DNA from: Wallemia ichthyophaga EXF-994
Lineage: Eukaryota > Fungi > Basidiomycota
Direction of reading: 5' to 3'
Assembly: GCF_000400465.1 (NCBI RefSeq)
Contig: NW_008806277.1
Location: 20,001 to 268,000 of the forward strand
Length of the DNA stretch: 248,000 nt
Both the position numbers and the translations under genes were made by a program. Shown here in pieces: positions 11,425 through 25,407 of this stretch (positions are counted from its first letter, which is position 1; every line of letters begins with the position of its first letter). The notes below the pieces were generated by a model that saw only the letters and a list, made by a program, of their open reading frames with translations, searched no databases and had not been told where the DNA came from.

Positions 11425-12264
11425 TTACCAAATGTACGTAATGTATGTGTGTATCAAATTTAGTGGTGTATCGGTGGTGATTGAGCCATTTACCAGTTCG
11501 TAATTCTTGAAAATTATCATGTTCGGTTTACGCATGTAGCAGCTGTCCAGCGCGTTGAGAATTGCAATGAAGTGCTCCTGCGTTATCAAATCGAATCCAG
11601 GCATATCGACCAATGATGGTCGATGGATGCGGAGTAATTTGATACGGAAGTATTTGTCGCATATCGCAATGGCTAGCATCGCGGCTTTGAGATGTGTCAT
11701 GTGGTCTATGTTTATCGTTAGCTCTGTCGCACCGTCTGACCTACCAATCAGGAGATGTGTATTTTCAGTCTCGATGAGCGCGTCGAGTGTGAGAGTGAAC
11801 TTTTGCAGTACAGGCATTTTGTTGATGCATGTGGATAGCTGTGGACATGCTAATAACCGTGTGGATTTATTGAAGTGTTCCAGATTCAACTCAAGTACTT
11901 CTATCGAGTAGAGGAAATCTGTTGGTTGGAGTACACAGTTTTGAAGGAATGTCAGGTAAGATATCAGCTCAGCTGGTTTCGTGTTGTTTGTTGGTTTCAG
12001 AGATTGTATAATCAGACTTTTGGGATGTTTGCGGGTGAGTTTGTAGCTATTCTTAAGAGACGGCAAACAGCTCAGTTGCACCATGTAAGCTAATAATCCT
12101 ACAAACGACATCATCTGGGAAGCTCCAGAATCCTGCCATAGGAGAATTAGGTAGAGAAGATGGGGAAAACGGGGAAGAAAAAGCACAAAGCGCTCACAAC
12201 AGACACAAAACACCCGCCCACGCCAATTATACAGCCACAAAGAATCTATGGATGCAACAAGCAA
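11425..12264 (-). CDS. Hypothetical protein (copy 1)
   Basis: 279-aa ORF, no recognised motif, true start uncertain. Confidence 0.45.
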   Translation of the reverse strand: MLVASIDSLWLYNWRGRVFCVCCERFVLFLPRFPHLLYLILLWQDSGASQMMSFVGLLAYMVQLSCLPSLKNSYKLTRKHPKSLIIQSLKPTNNTKPAELISYLTFLQNCVLQPTDFLYSIEVLELNLEHFNKSTRLLACPQLSTCINKMPVLQKFTLTLDALIETENTHLLIGRSDGATELTINIDHMTHLKAAMLAIAICDKYFRIKLLRIHRPSLVDMPGFDLITQEHFIAILNALDSCYMRKPNMIIFKNYELVNGSITTDTPLNLIHTYITYIW

Positions 12265-12270
12265 CTAAAT

Positions 12271-12764
12271 TTAGTTGCGGCTCTTGAAGTAGTCCAAGAG
12301 GACGTTAAGACCCTCAGACTCAACACCAAAGTCGCGGACAACGACGCAAGAGGTACCGACGACCTTACGTGCGTTACCCTCTCTGTCGATCTTGCAGAGA
12401 CCAGCCCAGGTACCCAAAACCTTGGCGTCGGAGACCTTGATGAGGTTGATTTGGTGCTCTGCGCAGAGAGCTTCGATGAGCTTGATGTACTCAGCCTCAG
12501 TGCAGGTTTCGACGAGCACACAGAGGTGGGCAGCTCTACGGTCGAGAGCCTTAGCACACTCTCTCAAACCACGGGCGAGACCATCGTGGTAGAGGGCGTT
12601 CTTGAGAACTTGTTGGAGGGCTTCCTCGACAGACATCTTGCCTGCTGGAGCAGCCTCAGCGACTTCGACCTCTTCTTGAGGAACTTCGACTTGTTGTTCA
12701 CCGTTTTCAGACTGTAGAGAGTGAGCAGGGGTGTATTAAATCCACTGCACACCAAACACACCAT
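12271..12764 (-). CDS. RPS12: 40S ribosomal protein S12 (copy 1), intron directly after ATG
   Basis: [19 protein letters not shown]...[13 protein letters not shown]. Confidence 0.97.
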
Positions 12765-13176
12765 TATAGATTCTTATGCTAAGTCAGTCAATCGTAAGAC
12801 GTCGTCCTTCGTTCTTAGCTGTTAGCTGGGTCGAAGAGAGAAGGCGGCGTTACAGATTTTATCCACCGAAAAATTTAAATTGTGTGCGAGTGTATGAGTT
12901 TGTAGAGAGTTTGTGGGGTTTGTGGATTTATGCTTACGTATACTTACATCCTCTACTCCTTCGGCGATGGAGTTGTGCGGGGTTTACGCTGTGTGCTGAT
13001 GTAGACGATTGCATGTACGTATATCATTCTGAAAGTAGGCTCTAACCACACTTTTTATTTAAATACACACTGCGAGCTTTTCAGACAATTTTACAGAAAA
13101 TTTCACTATTGTTTAACTAACAACAAACGGTATTATGTATTTAATGTAAAAACAGAAACCCGGTAAACAAAACAAT

Positions 13177-13548
13177 TTAGATGAGTGGGATTGGAGTACA
13201 GTTGATACCGAGGAGACCATCTGAAGATGCCTTCTCGCAGCAGACTGGGGTGTTCTTGCATACGTCTGTGGAGCGTGTTAGTTATATTTACGACGCACGT
13301 AGATTCCAAATACCTTGTAATGCTACTCCGATGAGAAGAGGTATTTGAGTACATTGGATAGCAACTTGGTCGAGAATATCGCCTGTGTGGAGAAGACCGT
13401 CTTCTTCACCAGTGCTTGATTGCTTGTCTTTTGTAGTATCACAACATGAAGTAAGTCCGGTATTACATGAGCCGACTGATGAGCCGCCTGATGGTCTGGC
13501 GAGGGCAGATGCGATGACGGCGGAGATGGCGAGGGTTTGAGCGATCAT
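13177..13548 (-). CDS. Class I-like hydrophobin (copy 1), 1 intron
   Basis: Signal peptide; C-x6-CC...C...C-x5-CC...C pattern after splicing. Confidence 0.85.
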
Positions 13549-13955
13549 TGTTTAGAGAGCAAGATGAGTTGTGAGGATGCAACATGGGTAGAGCTAGGCT
13601 ATTTAACCATCTGAGAAGCGCACTAAAATGATTATTAGCGCTATCTTATTTTAGTGCACTTTTAGCGTGCATTATGAGCTCCGGAATGTGGTATTTGCAT
13701 TGAATATCATGTGAAATAAAAAGTGTATGTTTGCATGTGCGTACGTTTACACAAAAATATTTAGAAAAACACTCCTCCACACGGGCACACCTCTTGCGTA
13801 TAAGACGAGTAAAATTTTCAAAAGGCAACACAAAAACAAATCAATTATTAAACGAGGAAAGTGATGCAGCGTTGTTGTTAGTGAGAGTGCGAGACAACCA
13901 AGTCTCAACTGGTATCCTGTATGAAATCTGTAAAGTGACAAGTTGAACGACCCCA

Positions 13956-14178
13956 TTAGTCCTTGTAAATGAGCAAAGGTTCACCCGGTTCATGAACCTC
14001 TGGAATTGTACATTTCAAATCGAAAGCCTTTGAGAGAACAATTTTGAATATTTTCTGTACGTGAATGGAGTGCGAAGTGGAGCAGAAGATGAGAGGAGCG
14101 TGCATAGCCTTTGCGAATCTCTTTGCCTGTGTTGATGAGTGGGTAAGTGAATTGAAAGTGCAAATATCGCTCCTACCT
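13956..14178 (-). pseudogene. Orphan last exon of spg1/TEM1 created by the duplication
   Basis: [18 protein letters not shown]...LLIYKD identical to 18592 exon; upstream exons missing. Confidence 0.85.
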
Positions 14179-14328
14179 AGCATTGCATTGAGGTGAAGCA
14201 ATCAATATGAAAACGTACAATGACTTGATTTTATGAATATTTGCGTACACCTTTTGCGTTTCAATTGTATATATTTTTAAGCTGCAAAGGAATTCTCAGT
14301 TCAAAATAACTCAACGGGAGTAGCTGAT

Positions 14329-14404
14329 ATCGAAAGGTTGCAGGTTCGAGCCCTGCGTCGGTCACCACGGCCGGCTGGCTCAATGGTAGAGTATTCGACT
14401 ACGG
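14329..14404 (+). tRNA. Circularly permuted tRNA-Arg(ACG), second identical copy
   Basis: Same sequence as 9693-9768. Confidence 0.88.
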
Positions 14405-16060
14405 CATTGAAATAATTTTTTTCTTATTCACTTTATAAGTGCGGCAGAATAACGACCGTTATCATCAATTGCGTTTCACTCAAGCCAAATTTTTAGCCCT
14501 ATCACTGACACTCACGTTTCAACATAAAAAGTGATACGAACATAAAACTTTCTTCTCAAATGATTTAAGGTTTTGAAGTACTTGTATTATTTGCACGACT
14601 CTCGTTGGTTGTTTTCTAGATTTACATTATTAAGTGAATCCGGTTAAATGGCATCTGCATTGTTTTCTGAGCCACTACTATCTAAGCATTTTCGTTATTC
14701 CAATATTTCATAGCGTTTGAAATGGTTGAGATTGAGACACTGTCTCTCAATCGAATACCCGTAGATTGTCTTTGGCAGCGTGAGGAAGAATTTAAAATGA
14801 CCTGAAGCATTGGCAGAGTTTTAATTCTATTTCTTTAGGCCTTTTTTACACTCTTCACGTCAGCTCGTCACCCTCGAATTAAACCCCTCTTCGGAAAGGT
14901 TTCTGGGTTTCAGCTAGTAAGATTAACAGAATACTTGGAAGCAAAGTGACTACAAGAATTGTTTACTAAGGGATTTTCCAATGTGTGCTATGTGGGCGTC
15001 TATTAACCGAGCGTAGCTCAACGATACAGCCTCAATCTTGCAGCAACATAGATTATCTCAGCAGGGAGCCTTGCGAAGGACTTCTTGTTGGATGTTTTGT
15101 CGTCTGTGGATTGCTTTGTCTTGGTGGTTGAGGTTAGATAGAGAGATGAAGTGAGGGATGGAGAGCAAACCTACCAGGAGTATCGCTCAAAGTGGACTTT
15201 GAACGGACTGCCAGATCTTAGTTGGAGTTCAGAAAGAGTTAAATGAGCGGAGATAAAGCTTACTGGGAGTAGCAAAGACCATTTACAGGGAAAGGGCTAA
15301 ACCCGCCATACTATGGTCCACAAGACGGCGAGCCGCGAGGAAATAAGTGTGGGCCACTACAGAACGCAGCGGTGTTAGAGTCGTTAATGTACTTTGACTC
15401 ACGTGACTCTTGCCTTGTCTGTTGTGTTTCACTAACCCGTTACCCTCGTTCCTAGTCTCGCGGCTAACAGCGTTGAAAGAGGGGTGATGAGCAAAACAAA
15501 GTACCATCTCAAAGCATACATATGAGAAAATTAGAAATCACGATATCAACGCCTATCGCATGTCTGCTGATGACTGTGAAAAAAGCGTGAAAATCAAATG
15601 CATCATACAAGTTGGATAAAGCTGGATATCATTAGGACGTCGTGCGTGTGAGTAGGTGGATATAATAAGAGGGGAAACACTGAGTTAAGCTGGCATCTAG
15701 CGAGTTAGTTCTGGCGAGTTCTGCCAAGCAGAGTTTTGCAAAGTGAGCAGTTTATGAGTTTCGAGGCATTCCGCAATGAGACCTGGATAATTATGTTCCA
15801 TCTCCTCTCTTACCGAATAAGCCCTGTAAAGAATCTCCGCAGTCTGTTTATCCTGCAGGAGGACTCTCAAGGAACCTCGAACGAACGGAAAAAGTTTACA
15901 ACATTTCTGCAAGTCGTTATTCAGCGCGTTGAATTTTAAAGCGACAATATCGATATGAAACCCATTTAAAGCGCGCATCTCATCCTTTTGCGTCCGTTTT
16001 GTGATATAGTATTTCAGCAGAGCACGTTTCTTACATGTCCTGTTTACAGAGTCTGTAAAC

Positions 16061-16900
16061 TTACCAAATGTACGTAATGTATGTGTGTATCAAATTTAGT
16101 GGTGTATCGGTGGTGATTGAGCCATTTACCAGTTCGTAATTCTTGAAAATTATCATGTTCGGTTTACGCATGTAGCAGCTGTCCAGCGCGTTGAGAATTG
16201 CAATGAAGTGCTCCTGCGTTATCAAATCGAATCCAGGCATATCGACCAATGATGGTCGATGGATGCGGAGTAATTTGATACGGAAGTATTTGTCGCATAT
16301 CGCAATGGCTAGCATCGCGGCTTTGAGATGTGTCATGTGGTCTATGTTTATCGTTAGCTCTGTCGCACCGTCTGACCTACCAATCAGGAGATGTGTATTT
16401 TCAGTCTCGATGAGCGCGTCGAGTGTGAGAGTGAACTTTTGCAGTACAGGCATTTTGTTGATGCATGTGGATAGCTGTGGACATGCTAATAACCGTGTGG
16501 ATTTATTGAAGTGTTCCAGATTCAACTCAAGTACTTCTATCGAGTAGAGGAAATCTGTTGGTTGGAGTACACAGTTTTGAAGGAATGTCAGGTAAGATAT
16601 CAGCTCAGCTGGTTTCGTGTTGTTTGTTGGTTTCAGAGATTGTATAATCAGACTTTTGGGATGTTTGCGGGTGAGTTTGTAGCTATTCTTAAGAGACGGC
16701 AAACAGCTCAGTTGCACCATGTAAGCTAATAATCCTACAAACGACATCATCTGGGAAGCTCCAGAATCCTGCCATAGGAGAATTAGGTAGAGAAGATGGG
16801 GAAAACGGGGAAGAAAAAGCACAAAGCGCTCACAACAGACACAAAACACCCGCCCACGCCAATTATACAGCCACAAAGAATCTATGGATGCAACAAGCAA
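16061..16900 (-). CDS. Hypothetical protein (copy 2)
   Basis: Identical to 11425-12264. Confidence 0.45.
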   Translation of the reverse strand: MLVASIDSLWLYNWRGRVFCVCCERFVLFLPRFPHLLYLILLWQDSGASQMMSFVGLLAYMVQLSCLPSLKNSYKLTRKHPKSLIIQSLKPTNNTKPAELISYLTFLQNCVLQPTDFLYSIEVLELNLEHFNKSTRLLACPQLSTCINKMPVLQKFTLTLDALIETENTHLLIGRSDGATELTINIDHMTHLKAAMLAIAICDKYFRIKLLRIHRPSLVDMPGFDLITQEHFIAILNALDSCYMRKPNMIIFKNYELVNGSITTDTPLNLIHTYITYIW

Positions 16901-16906
16901 CTAAAT

Positions 16907-17400
16907 TTAGTTGCGGCTCTTGAAGTAGTCCAAGAGGACGTTAAGACCCTCAGACTCAACACCAAAGTCGCGGACAACGACGCAAGAGGTACCGACGACC
17001 TTACGTGCGTTACCCTCTCTGTCGATCTTGCAGAGACCAGCCCAGGTACCCAAAACCTTGGCGTCGGAGACCTTGATGAGGTTGATTTGGTGCTCTGCGC
17101 AGAGAGCTTCGATGAGCTTGATGTACTCAGCCTCAGTGCAGGTTTCGACGAGCACACAGAGGTGGGCAGCTCTACGGTCGAGAGCCTTAGCACACTCTCT
17201 CAAACCACGGGCGAGACCATCGTGGTAGAGGGCGTTCTTGAGAACTTGTTGGAGGGCTTCCTCGACAGACATCTTGCCTGCTGGAGCAGCCTCAGCGACT
17301 TCGACCTCTTCTTGAGGAACTTCGACTTGTTGTTCACCGTTTTCAGACTGTAGAGAGTGAGCAGGGGTGTATTAAATCCACTGCACACCAAACACACCAT
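16907..17400 (-). CDS. RPS12: 40S ribosomal protein S12 (copy 2)
   Basis: Identical to copy 1. Confidence 0.95.
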
Positions 17401-17812
17401 TATAGATTCTTATGCTAAGTCAGTCAATCGTAAGACGTCGTCCTTCGTTCTTAGCTGTTAGCTGGGTCGAAGAGAGAAGGCGGCGTTACAGATTTTATCC
17501 ACCGAAAAATTTAAATTGTGTGCGAGTGTATGAGTTTGTAGAGAGTTTGTGGGGTTTGTGGATTTATGCTTACGTATACTTACATCCTCTACTCCTTCGG
17601 CGATGGAGTTGTGCGGGGTTTACGCTGTGTGCTGATGTAGACGATTGCATGTACGTATATCATTCTGAAAGTAGGCTCTAACCACACTTTTTATTTAAAT
17701 ACACACTGCGAGCTTTTCAGACAATTTTACAGAAAATTTCACTATTGTTTAACTAACAACAAACGGTATTATGTATTTAATGTAAAAACAGAAACCCGGT
17801 AAACAAAACAAT

Positions 17813-18184
17813 TTAGATGAGTGGGATTGGAGTACAGTTGATACCGAGGAGACCATCTGAAGATGCCTTCTCGCAGCAGACTGGGGTGTTCTTGCATACG
17901 TCTGTGGAGCGTGTTAGTTATATTTACGACGCACGTAGATTCCAAATACCTTGTAATGCTACTCCGATGAGAAGAGGTATTTGAGTACATTGGATAGCAA
18001 CTTGGTCGAGAATATCGCCTGTGTGGAGAAGACCGTCTTCTTCACCAGTGCTTGATTGCTTGTCTTTTGTAGTATCACAACATGAAGTAAGTCCGGTATT
18101 ACATGAGCCGACTGATGAGCCGCCTGATGGTCTGGCGAGGGCAGATGCGATGACGGCGGAGATGGCGAGGGTTTGAGCGATCAT
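17813..18184 (-). CDS. Hydrophobin (copy 2)
   Basis: Identical to copy 1. Confidence 0.85.
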
Positions 18185-18591
18185 TGTTTAGAGAGCAAGA
18201 TGAGTTGTGAGGATGCAACATGGGTAGAGCTAGGCTATTTAACCATCTGAGAAGCGCACTAAAATGATTATTAGCGCTATCTTATTTTAGTGCACTTTTA
18301 GCGTGCATTATGAGCTCCGGAATGTGGTATTTGCATTGAATATCATGTGAAATAAAAAGTGTATGTTTGCATGTGCGTACGTTTACACAAAAATATTTAG
18401 AAAAACACTCCTCCACACGGGCACACCTCTTGCGTATAAGACGAGTAAAATTTTCAAAAGGCAACACAAAAACAAATCAATTATTAAACGAGGAAAGTGA
18501 TGCAGCGTTGTTGTTAGTGAGAGTGCGAGACAACCAAGTCTCAACTGGTATCCTGTATGAAATCTGTAAAGTGACAAGTTGAACGACCCCA

Positions 18592-19543
18592 TTAGTCCTT
18601 GTAAATGAGCAAAGGTTCACCCGGTTCATGAACCTCTGGAATTGTACATTTCAAATCGAAAGCCTTTGAGAGAACAATTTTGAATATTTTCTGTACGTGA
18701 ATGGAGTGCGAAGTGGAGCAGAAGATGAGAGGAGCGTGCATAGCCTTTGCGAATCTCTTTGCCTGTGTTGATGAGTGGGTAAGTGAATTGAAAGTGCAAA
18801 TATCGCTCCTACCTGCTTGGTTATCTCCTCCTGATCTTCCTTAGGCAGACCAGCGAATACATCGAACTTGGTACCTACGAGGAAAGGGATTGCAGTTTTG
18901 TTAAACCCTCTAGCCTGTCTGTACCACTCTTTTATCGAATTAAGGGTGCTCTTCCTGGAAAGATCGAACATGAAGAGAATTGCAACTGCGTCATTGCAAA
19001 CGAGTGGGAGCATGTTGACGAATTCGCGTTGGCCTGTGCGACGAGAATGAGAATGACAATGAAAGTGATTTCAAAGGAAAGTTAATCCCCCAGATAAAGC
19101 CACAACGCACCACCTAGATCCCAAATGGAGAAAGTAATTTCAGTCTGGCGTATGGATATAGTCTTTTCCATAAAGTTTACGCCTGTAAGCGGGTGATTGA
19201 GTGATGCTCTTTCAATAGCCCAAGCTACACGCACCTAGCGTTTGTATGTAGTCTTCATCGAATGAACCTCTGTCGCGCGTAAGTGTAAGAAGCGTCTAAG
19301 AAACGCATCCACTGCACCCACTCCACATATTTAACCATCAAAGACGTCTTCCCAATGCTGCTGTCCCCCACCAACGCTGTTTTGAGATAAAGGGCCATGA
19401 TCGCTGTGAGTAAGGTGGTTGAGGTGTTTGAGGTACTTGAGACAACTTAAATTAGCAAATGATGTTTCAATTTTTAAGCCTATTTTCAAGCTCATTTTCA
19501 AGTTCACTTCGAGACCGTTTAATTGATTAGAGTCATCTAACAC
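18592..19543 (-). CDS. TEM1: Septum-promoting GTPase Spg1/Tem1
   Basis: [33 protein letters not shown]; multi-exon, start approximate. Confidence 0.93.
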
Positions 19544-20100
19544 ACAACATGAGAGGATACGCGGATATCAATTTGCTGTTGGTGGGTTGAATGTTGCGAA
19601 TCAATCCCTCTCACATTCCATCTTCAGAGCATCGCTGTTGCCATTTTATCGCTTTTGATCATCTCTCCCTACGTTTTCACTTATGAGGCTACTAGGACAG
19701 CCAGCGTTGGGGAAAGAGAAGCAAGAGTTGCAGAACGTGAAAGCTCAGTGGCTGCGAGGGAAAGCAATCTCTACTGGAAGTCTATTCCGCCCCCTGACGT
19801 AACACAAGACGAGGAGGAGGAGTGCAATCATGATACGATTCTACTACGCGAGTTGGAGTTTACTAAGAGAGAAGCAGGATTGCATAAACGTGAAGCTAGC
19901 ATCGCGCGCAGAGAGGCGTGGTTAGTTGATAATTGGTGGGTGAAATTTGGAATATACGAGACATTGTGAGACTCACACACACAATCACACGCAGGCCACA
20001 CTAAACATATATATGATAGTCATTATGAATGAATAAAAGATTAAATAAGATTTGCAGTTTGATTTGATCCATGGGGCAGGTCACCTACGTCACACACCTT

Positions 20101-21295
<1,195 letters not shown>

Positions 21296-21603
21296 GGTGG
21301 TGGTATGCGGATAAGGAGGGAATGGATCGATTGACAGATTTATAAATACACAAAGCCGAACGCGGGAATATAAAATTTAATAAAATAGCCGTGAATTTAA
21401 TCAAATTGCCTGATTTGGGTGAATTCGCCGTCTTTTCTGAGTCAATTTGAGTGTTTAACGGAGTTTCAAGGAATTTTAAGTGGGTTCAAGTGAATTTCAA
21501 GTGTTTAAGATTATTTAATAGTGTTTACTATTAATAATCAGTGACACTTAAAATTACTAGTGAAATTAGAAATACATAGTTACACCCCAACCACCATGCT
21601 CAA

Positions 21604-22680
21604 ATGAGATACCTTGAAATATCCAAGCACAGCTCTATATCCCCGAACGATCTCATAAATTCAATAAACAAGGCAAACCTAACGCCACCACTGCAAGTAC
21701 TCTACAACAATCACAATGACGTCTTCTACTTTGAATTTGCACACAGTATTGATGCTATTGAGGCGCTGAAATGGTGTGATAAGTGGGTTAGATTGGTTGG
21801 TGGCAGTAACGGTGATCAAGTACAGTCACAGGTACACTCAGAGCAATACCCACAGCCACACTCCCTCAACCAGCACTCATCCTCAGGTCCGCCTGTTGGT
21901 AGCATCCTAAATCCACTCATAGTAACTCACTCTGATCCGATCTCGCCCCCACTTTCCCCCAAATCACCCAAATCACCCAATTCCTCTTTGTCTACTTTTA
22001 ACGCTTCTCCACCGCAGAATTTGTTTGATGTATTAGCCTCGTTGCCTGGTGCAAATACAAACACTGTAAACACTGTAAACACAGCCAACACAACACAAAG
22101 CATACACACTCCACACCGCACACAAACACCAAACAACTCCCTCCCTCCCATCCTCAACACTGGCAGCCAGGGACCGATGCAGATGCAACCCGGCGACTGG
22201 GTGTGTTCGTGCGGCTTCGTTAATTGGAGGAGAAGGAAGTCGTGCTACCGGTGCTATCCATTTGCAAATGGTAATGAGAGTGGTAGCGGTAATAATGGGG
22301 AGCTGGCTAGGGCTGCTCAGAAGGCTGCTCAGTTGGCTGAGGAGGGTTTGAGCGAAAGTCAAGACAATCAAGACATTCACAACACCCAAGACACTCACAA
22401 TTCTACTCACAACGATTCTGCGTTTGCGTTCGACACACATCTTCTTAATGTCGGCTTGGGCCGTTTGGAGCTGAACCAGTTGGACCATCACCCACATCAC
22501 CCAGAACACCCCACCTTAGACTATCGCACTTTCTTGGCGTCCAGAAAGGCGTGGGACAGCGGTAATGATGGTGGTTTTAATGGCGGCGGCGGTGGTGGTA
22601 GCGTCGGAGTGGATCACAACGCGCACGACACCTTTGACCAACTTGGGGAAATCTTGCAGCGCGTGCAGTCAAGCCGTTGA
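21604..22680 (+). CDS. RanBP2-type zinc finger protein
   Basis: GDWVCSCGFVNWRRRKSCYRC. Confidence 0.75.
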   Translation: MRYLEISKHSSISPNDLINSINKANLTPPLQVLYNNHNDVFYFEFAHSIDAIEALKWCDKWVRLVGGSNGDQVQSQVHSEQYPQPHSLNQHSSSGPPVGSILNPLIVTHSDPISPPLSPKSPKSPNSSLSTFNASPPQNLFDVLASLPGANTNTVNTVNTANTTQSIHTPHRTQTPNNSLPPILNTGSQGPMQMQPGDWVCSCGFVNWRRRKSCYRCYPFANGNESGSGNNGELARAAQKAAQLAEEGLSESQDNQDIHNTQDTHNSTHNDSAFAFDTHLLNVGLGRLELNQLDHHPHHPEHPTLDYRTFLASRKAWDSGNDGGFNGGGGGGSVGVDHNAHDTFDQLGEILQRVQSSR

Positions 22681-22904
22681 CTGGAGAGCGAATGTGGAAT
22701 GTGGATGGACACAGGAACACATAAGCGTGTGGATGGATATCAACACATGATTTTTCCGGTATTTTTCTTATCTTTTCTGATGACCACTTGCTTTCTTGGA
22801 TACCATTGAGTATGAGCACGAGTTTATCTATTTCTACTTTTATTTATACATTTCCAAACGCAATTCCGCATTCTTGTATAACAAATCAACTCATTCAAGT
22901 CATT

Positions 22905-24519
22905 CTAAAAAGTACCCAACTCCTCACTGACAATAAAGTCCGCCTCTGTGTTCCTTCTGACGTCGTCGAGGGTAGAATCTTCAGCGACATCAGTCAACAC
23001 CAATGTGCCACGCTCGTAGTCGACAGCAAACACCGCCAACTCGGTGATAATTTTCCATATGCATCGTGAGCCCGTGAGAGGGAGGCTGCATTGATTAAGC
23101 ACTTTACTGCGACCGTACTTATCGTTGTGTTCCATGAGCACCATGATGCGGGTATGTTTGGGGTTACTGACGAGATCCATAGCACCGCCCATACCTGTAG
23201 GTGGCTAGTCAGCGATAAAACGTCTCCGGCTAAGCACTAAGCGCTGCTTCAGGAACAACCTACCCTTCATCAGCTTGCCCGGTATCATATAGTTGGCGAG
23301 GTTGCCAGCGCAGTCGACCTGAAAAGCGCCCAGCATGCTCACGTCAATCCTTCCACTCCTGATCATGCCGAATGACTCATCACTCCCGAATGCCGCGGCA
23401 CCTTTACGCAGCGTCACTGTCTCCTTACTCGCGTTGATGGTGTCGGGGTCGACAGCGTCTGCGTGGGGATAGCCACCGATATTGAGCAGCCCGTTCTCTG
23501 CTTGAACAGTGACACCCGAGTGTGAAGGTATGTATTCGGGTACGCGGCCTGGTATCCCCACACCGAGGTTCACTACCTCCCCACTACCCACTTCGCGCGC
23601 TGCTCGACGCGCTATCCTGTCCTTGAGTGTGAGAGTGGGGACTTTCGTAGCCGCAGTCTCGCTCGCACCCCCGTCCTCACTCTTACCAGCCTCGCTCACG
23701 CGCAACACCTCAATCTCGGCAGAGGTCGTCGCAGGGCACACCCTATCCACATAGACACCGGGGACGTGTACGTGGTTAGGGTGAATGGCGCCAACATCTA
23801 CGATTTCCTCCGCTTCGACGATGGTGAGAGGGGCGGCCTTTGCCATGACGCTGTTAAAGTTGTTAGCCGAGCTATTAAAGACGAGGTTGCCAGCGTGATC
23901 AGCGATTCGAGCGCGTACGATGGCAACATCGGCGTGTAGGGCGTGTTCAAGGAGGTAGTTGCGACCGCCGAACGAGCGCGTCTCACGGGGAGGCTGGTGA
24001 GCAAGAGCGTTGCCTGCGTCGTCATACGCACTCACCAGCCCGCCCACCTCCACAGCCGTGCCTGCGCCAGTGGGAGTGTAGAATGCAGGCACGCCGCGCG
24101 CGGCTGCACTCACCCGCTCTGCTATGCTGCCTTGGGGCGTGAGCTCGACGGTGATCTGCCCGCGTCTGTACCCCTCTTCCAAGGTGCGGTTGTTGCCGAG
24201 ATAGCTGCAGATCAGTCTCGTCACTTTACCCGGCGTGCTGAGGAGCCGGGCCAGCCCCTTCTCCCCCACACCGGGATTGTTGGATATGGCGGTGAGGCTG
24301 TGCAGGTCTGTGCGGCGTTGTATAGCGTCGATCAACGTGCTTGGGATGCCACACAGCCCAAACCCCCCGCTGTACAGCCTCGTTCGCGATCGGAGGTCCG
24401 CGATCGCCGCACTGGCATCGCTGTACACCTTGCGTGGCTGCTGCGTGGTGTAAAGTCGCACGCTAGTTCGCACCCTTAAGCCCACGCGCACGCTAGTGTT
24501 GATAGCAGCTCGCGACGTC
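22905..24519 (-). CDS. Succinyl-CoA:3-ketoacid CoA transferase
   Basis: GGFGLCGIP, VNLGVGIP, AENGLL, MGGAMDLV. Confidence 0.92.
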
Positions 24520-24576
24520 ATCGATGATGGTGGTTGATAAGCAAGAGAAATAAAAATAAGATATAATACACTATCG

Positions 24577-25389
24577 CTAGCTTGCTCCGGCTGCCAGACT
24601 CGCCGACCAGCGCTTGCGCTGCCAGTTGAGCAGCACGGGGACGAGTTCAGCGATGCCGATATCCGGCCAGAACGCATCGACGACTTGCACGTGGGTGTTG
24701 TGGAGGGAAGCCTGGAACATGAGGAAGTCGCTGAAGCGGTTGACGGCAGAGGAGCGAACGAGGATGTCTAGTGGGGGAGAGTGGTGCGTCATGAGGTGGG
24801 CGTCGAAAGCGCGTCTGTCCCCGCCACTGTGGAGCATTGCGGTGGACATCTCGTCTCTGCTCGTGTACGGCATGCATATGTTGAGCGTAGCCCCGTCGTT
24901 GTGCTGCGTGCGCGTCTCGATCTCCACCAGCTTGGCGCGCACGTCGGCGCGCAGGAGGTGGGTCGCGCCCAGCACGGCTATACGTACATTATGCTGCTGC
25001 ACGATATCACCGTGCTGCGCGATCTCGGCGAGCTTTTCACTCGCGAGCCCCATCAAGTATTCCACCTCGTCATCCCCCCGGTTGAAATTCTCGATGGAGA
25101 AAGCGTATACGGAGACAGTGCGTACGTGGAGACGCAGGCAGAATTCAAGCACGCGCCGTAGCCCCAGGAAGCCACCCTCGTGGCCACTCTTTATCGCTAG
25201 GTTGTGCTGCCGGGCGAATCGCCGGTTGCCATCCATAATGAAACCTATGTGGGATGGTACACCGCCGAGCTTGAGCACAGAGATTAGCAGCTGGGATCGC
25301 CAGTCGCTGAATTGCTGCTTGGAGGTGTACGTGCTGAGCGTGGCGCGTGGAATCACGTCGGGCTGGAGTGCTGGATACGGGGATGACAT
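24577..25389 (-). CDS. RER2: cis-prenyltransferase (dehydrodolichyl-PP synthase)
   Basis: HIGFIMDGNRR, YAFSIENFNR, DILVRSS..RFSDF. Confidence 0.9.
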   Translation of the reverse strand: MSSPYPALQPDVIPRATLSTYTSKQQFSDWRSQLLISVLKLGGVPSHIGFIMDGNRRFARQHNLAIKSGHEGGFLGLRRVLEFCLRLHVRTVSVYAFSIENFNRGDDEVEYLMGLASEKLAEIAQHGDIVQQHNVRIAVLGATHLLRADVRAKLVEIETRTQHNDGATLNICMPYTSRDEMSTAMLHSGGDRRAFDAHLMTHHSPPLDILVRSSAVNRFSDFLMFQASLHNTHVQVVDAFWPDIGIAELVPVLLNWQRKRWSASLAAGAS

Positions 25390-25407
25390 GGTTGATGGGC
25401 TGCAACC

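Larger units (their letters stand above)
9543..14178. repeat. Tandem duplication copy 1 (4636 bp)
   Basis: All ORFs recur at +4636; junction ...ctacct|agcattgc at 14178/14179. Confidence 0.97.
14179..18814. repeat. Tandem duplication copy 2 (4636 bp)
   Basis: No difference from copy 1 in ORF track or compared lines. Confidence 0.97.

Noticed and set aside
9733-14364. Reading the copy-1 5' half and copy-2 3' half as one normal tRNA with a 4.5-kb intron
   Set aside because: A T7 terminator follows the 5' half, three Pol II genes intervene, and each single copy is already permuted, with duplication breakpoints ~150 bp away.
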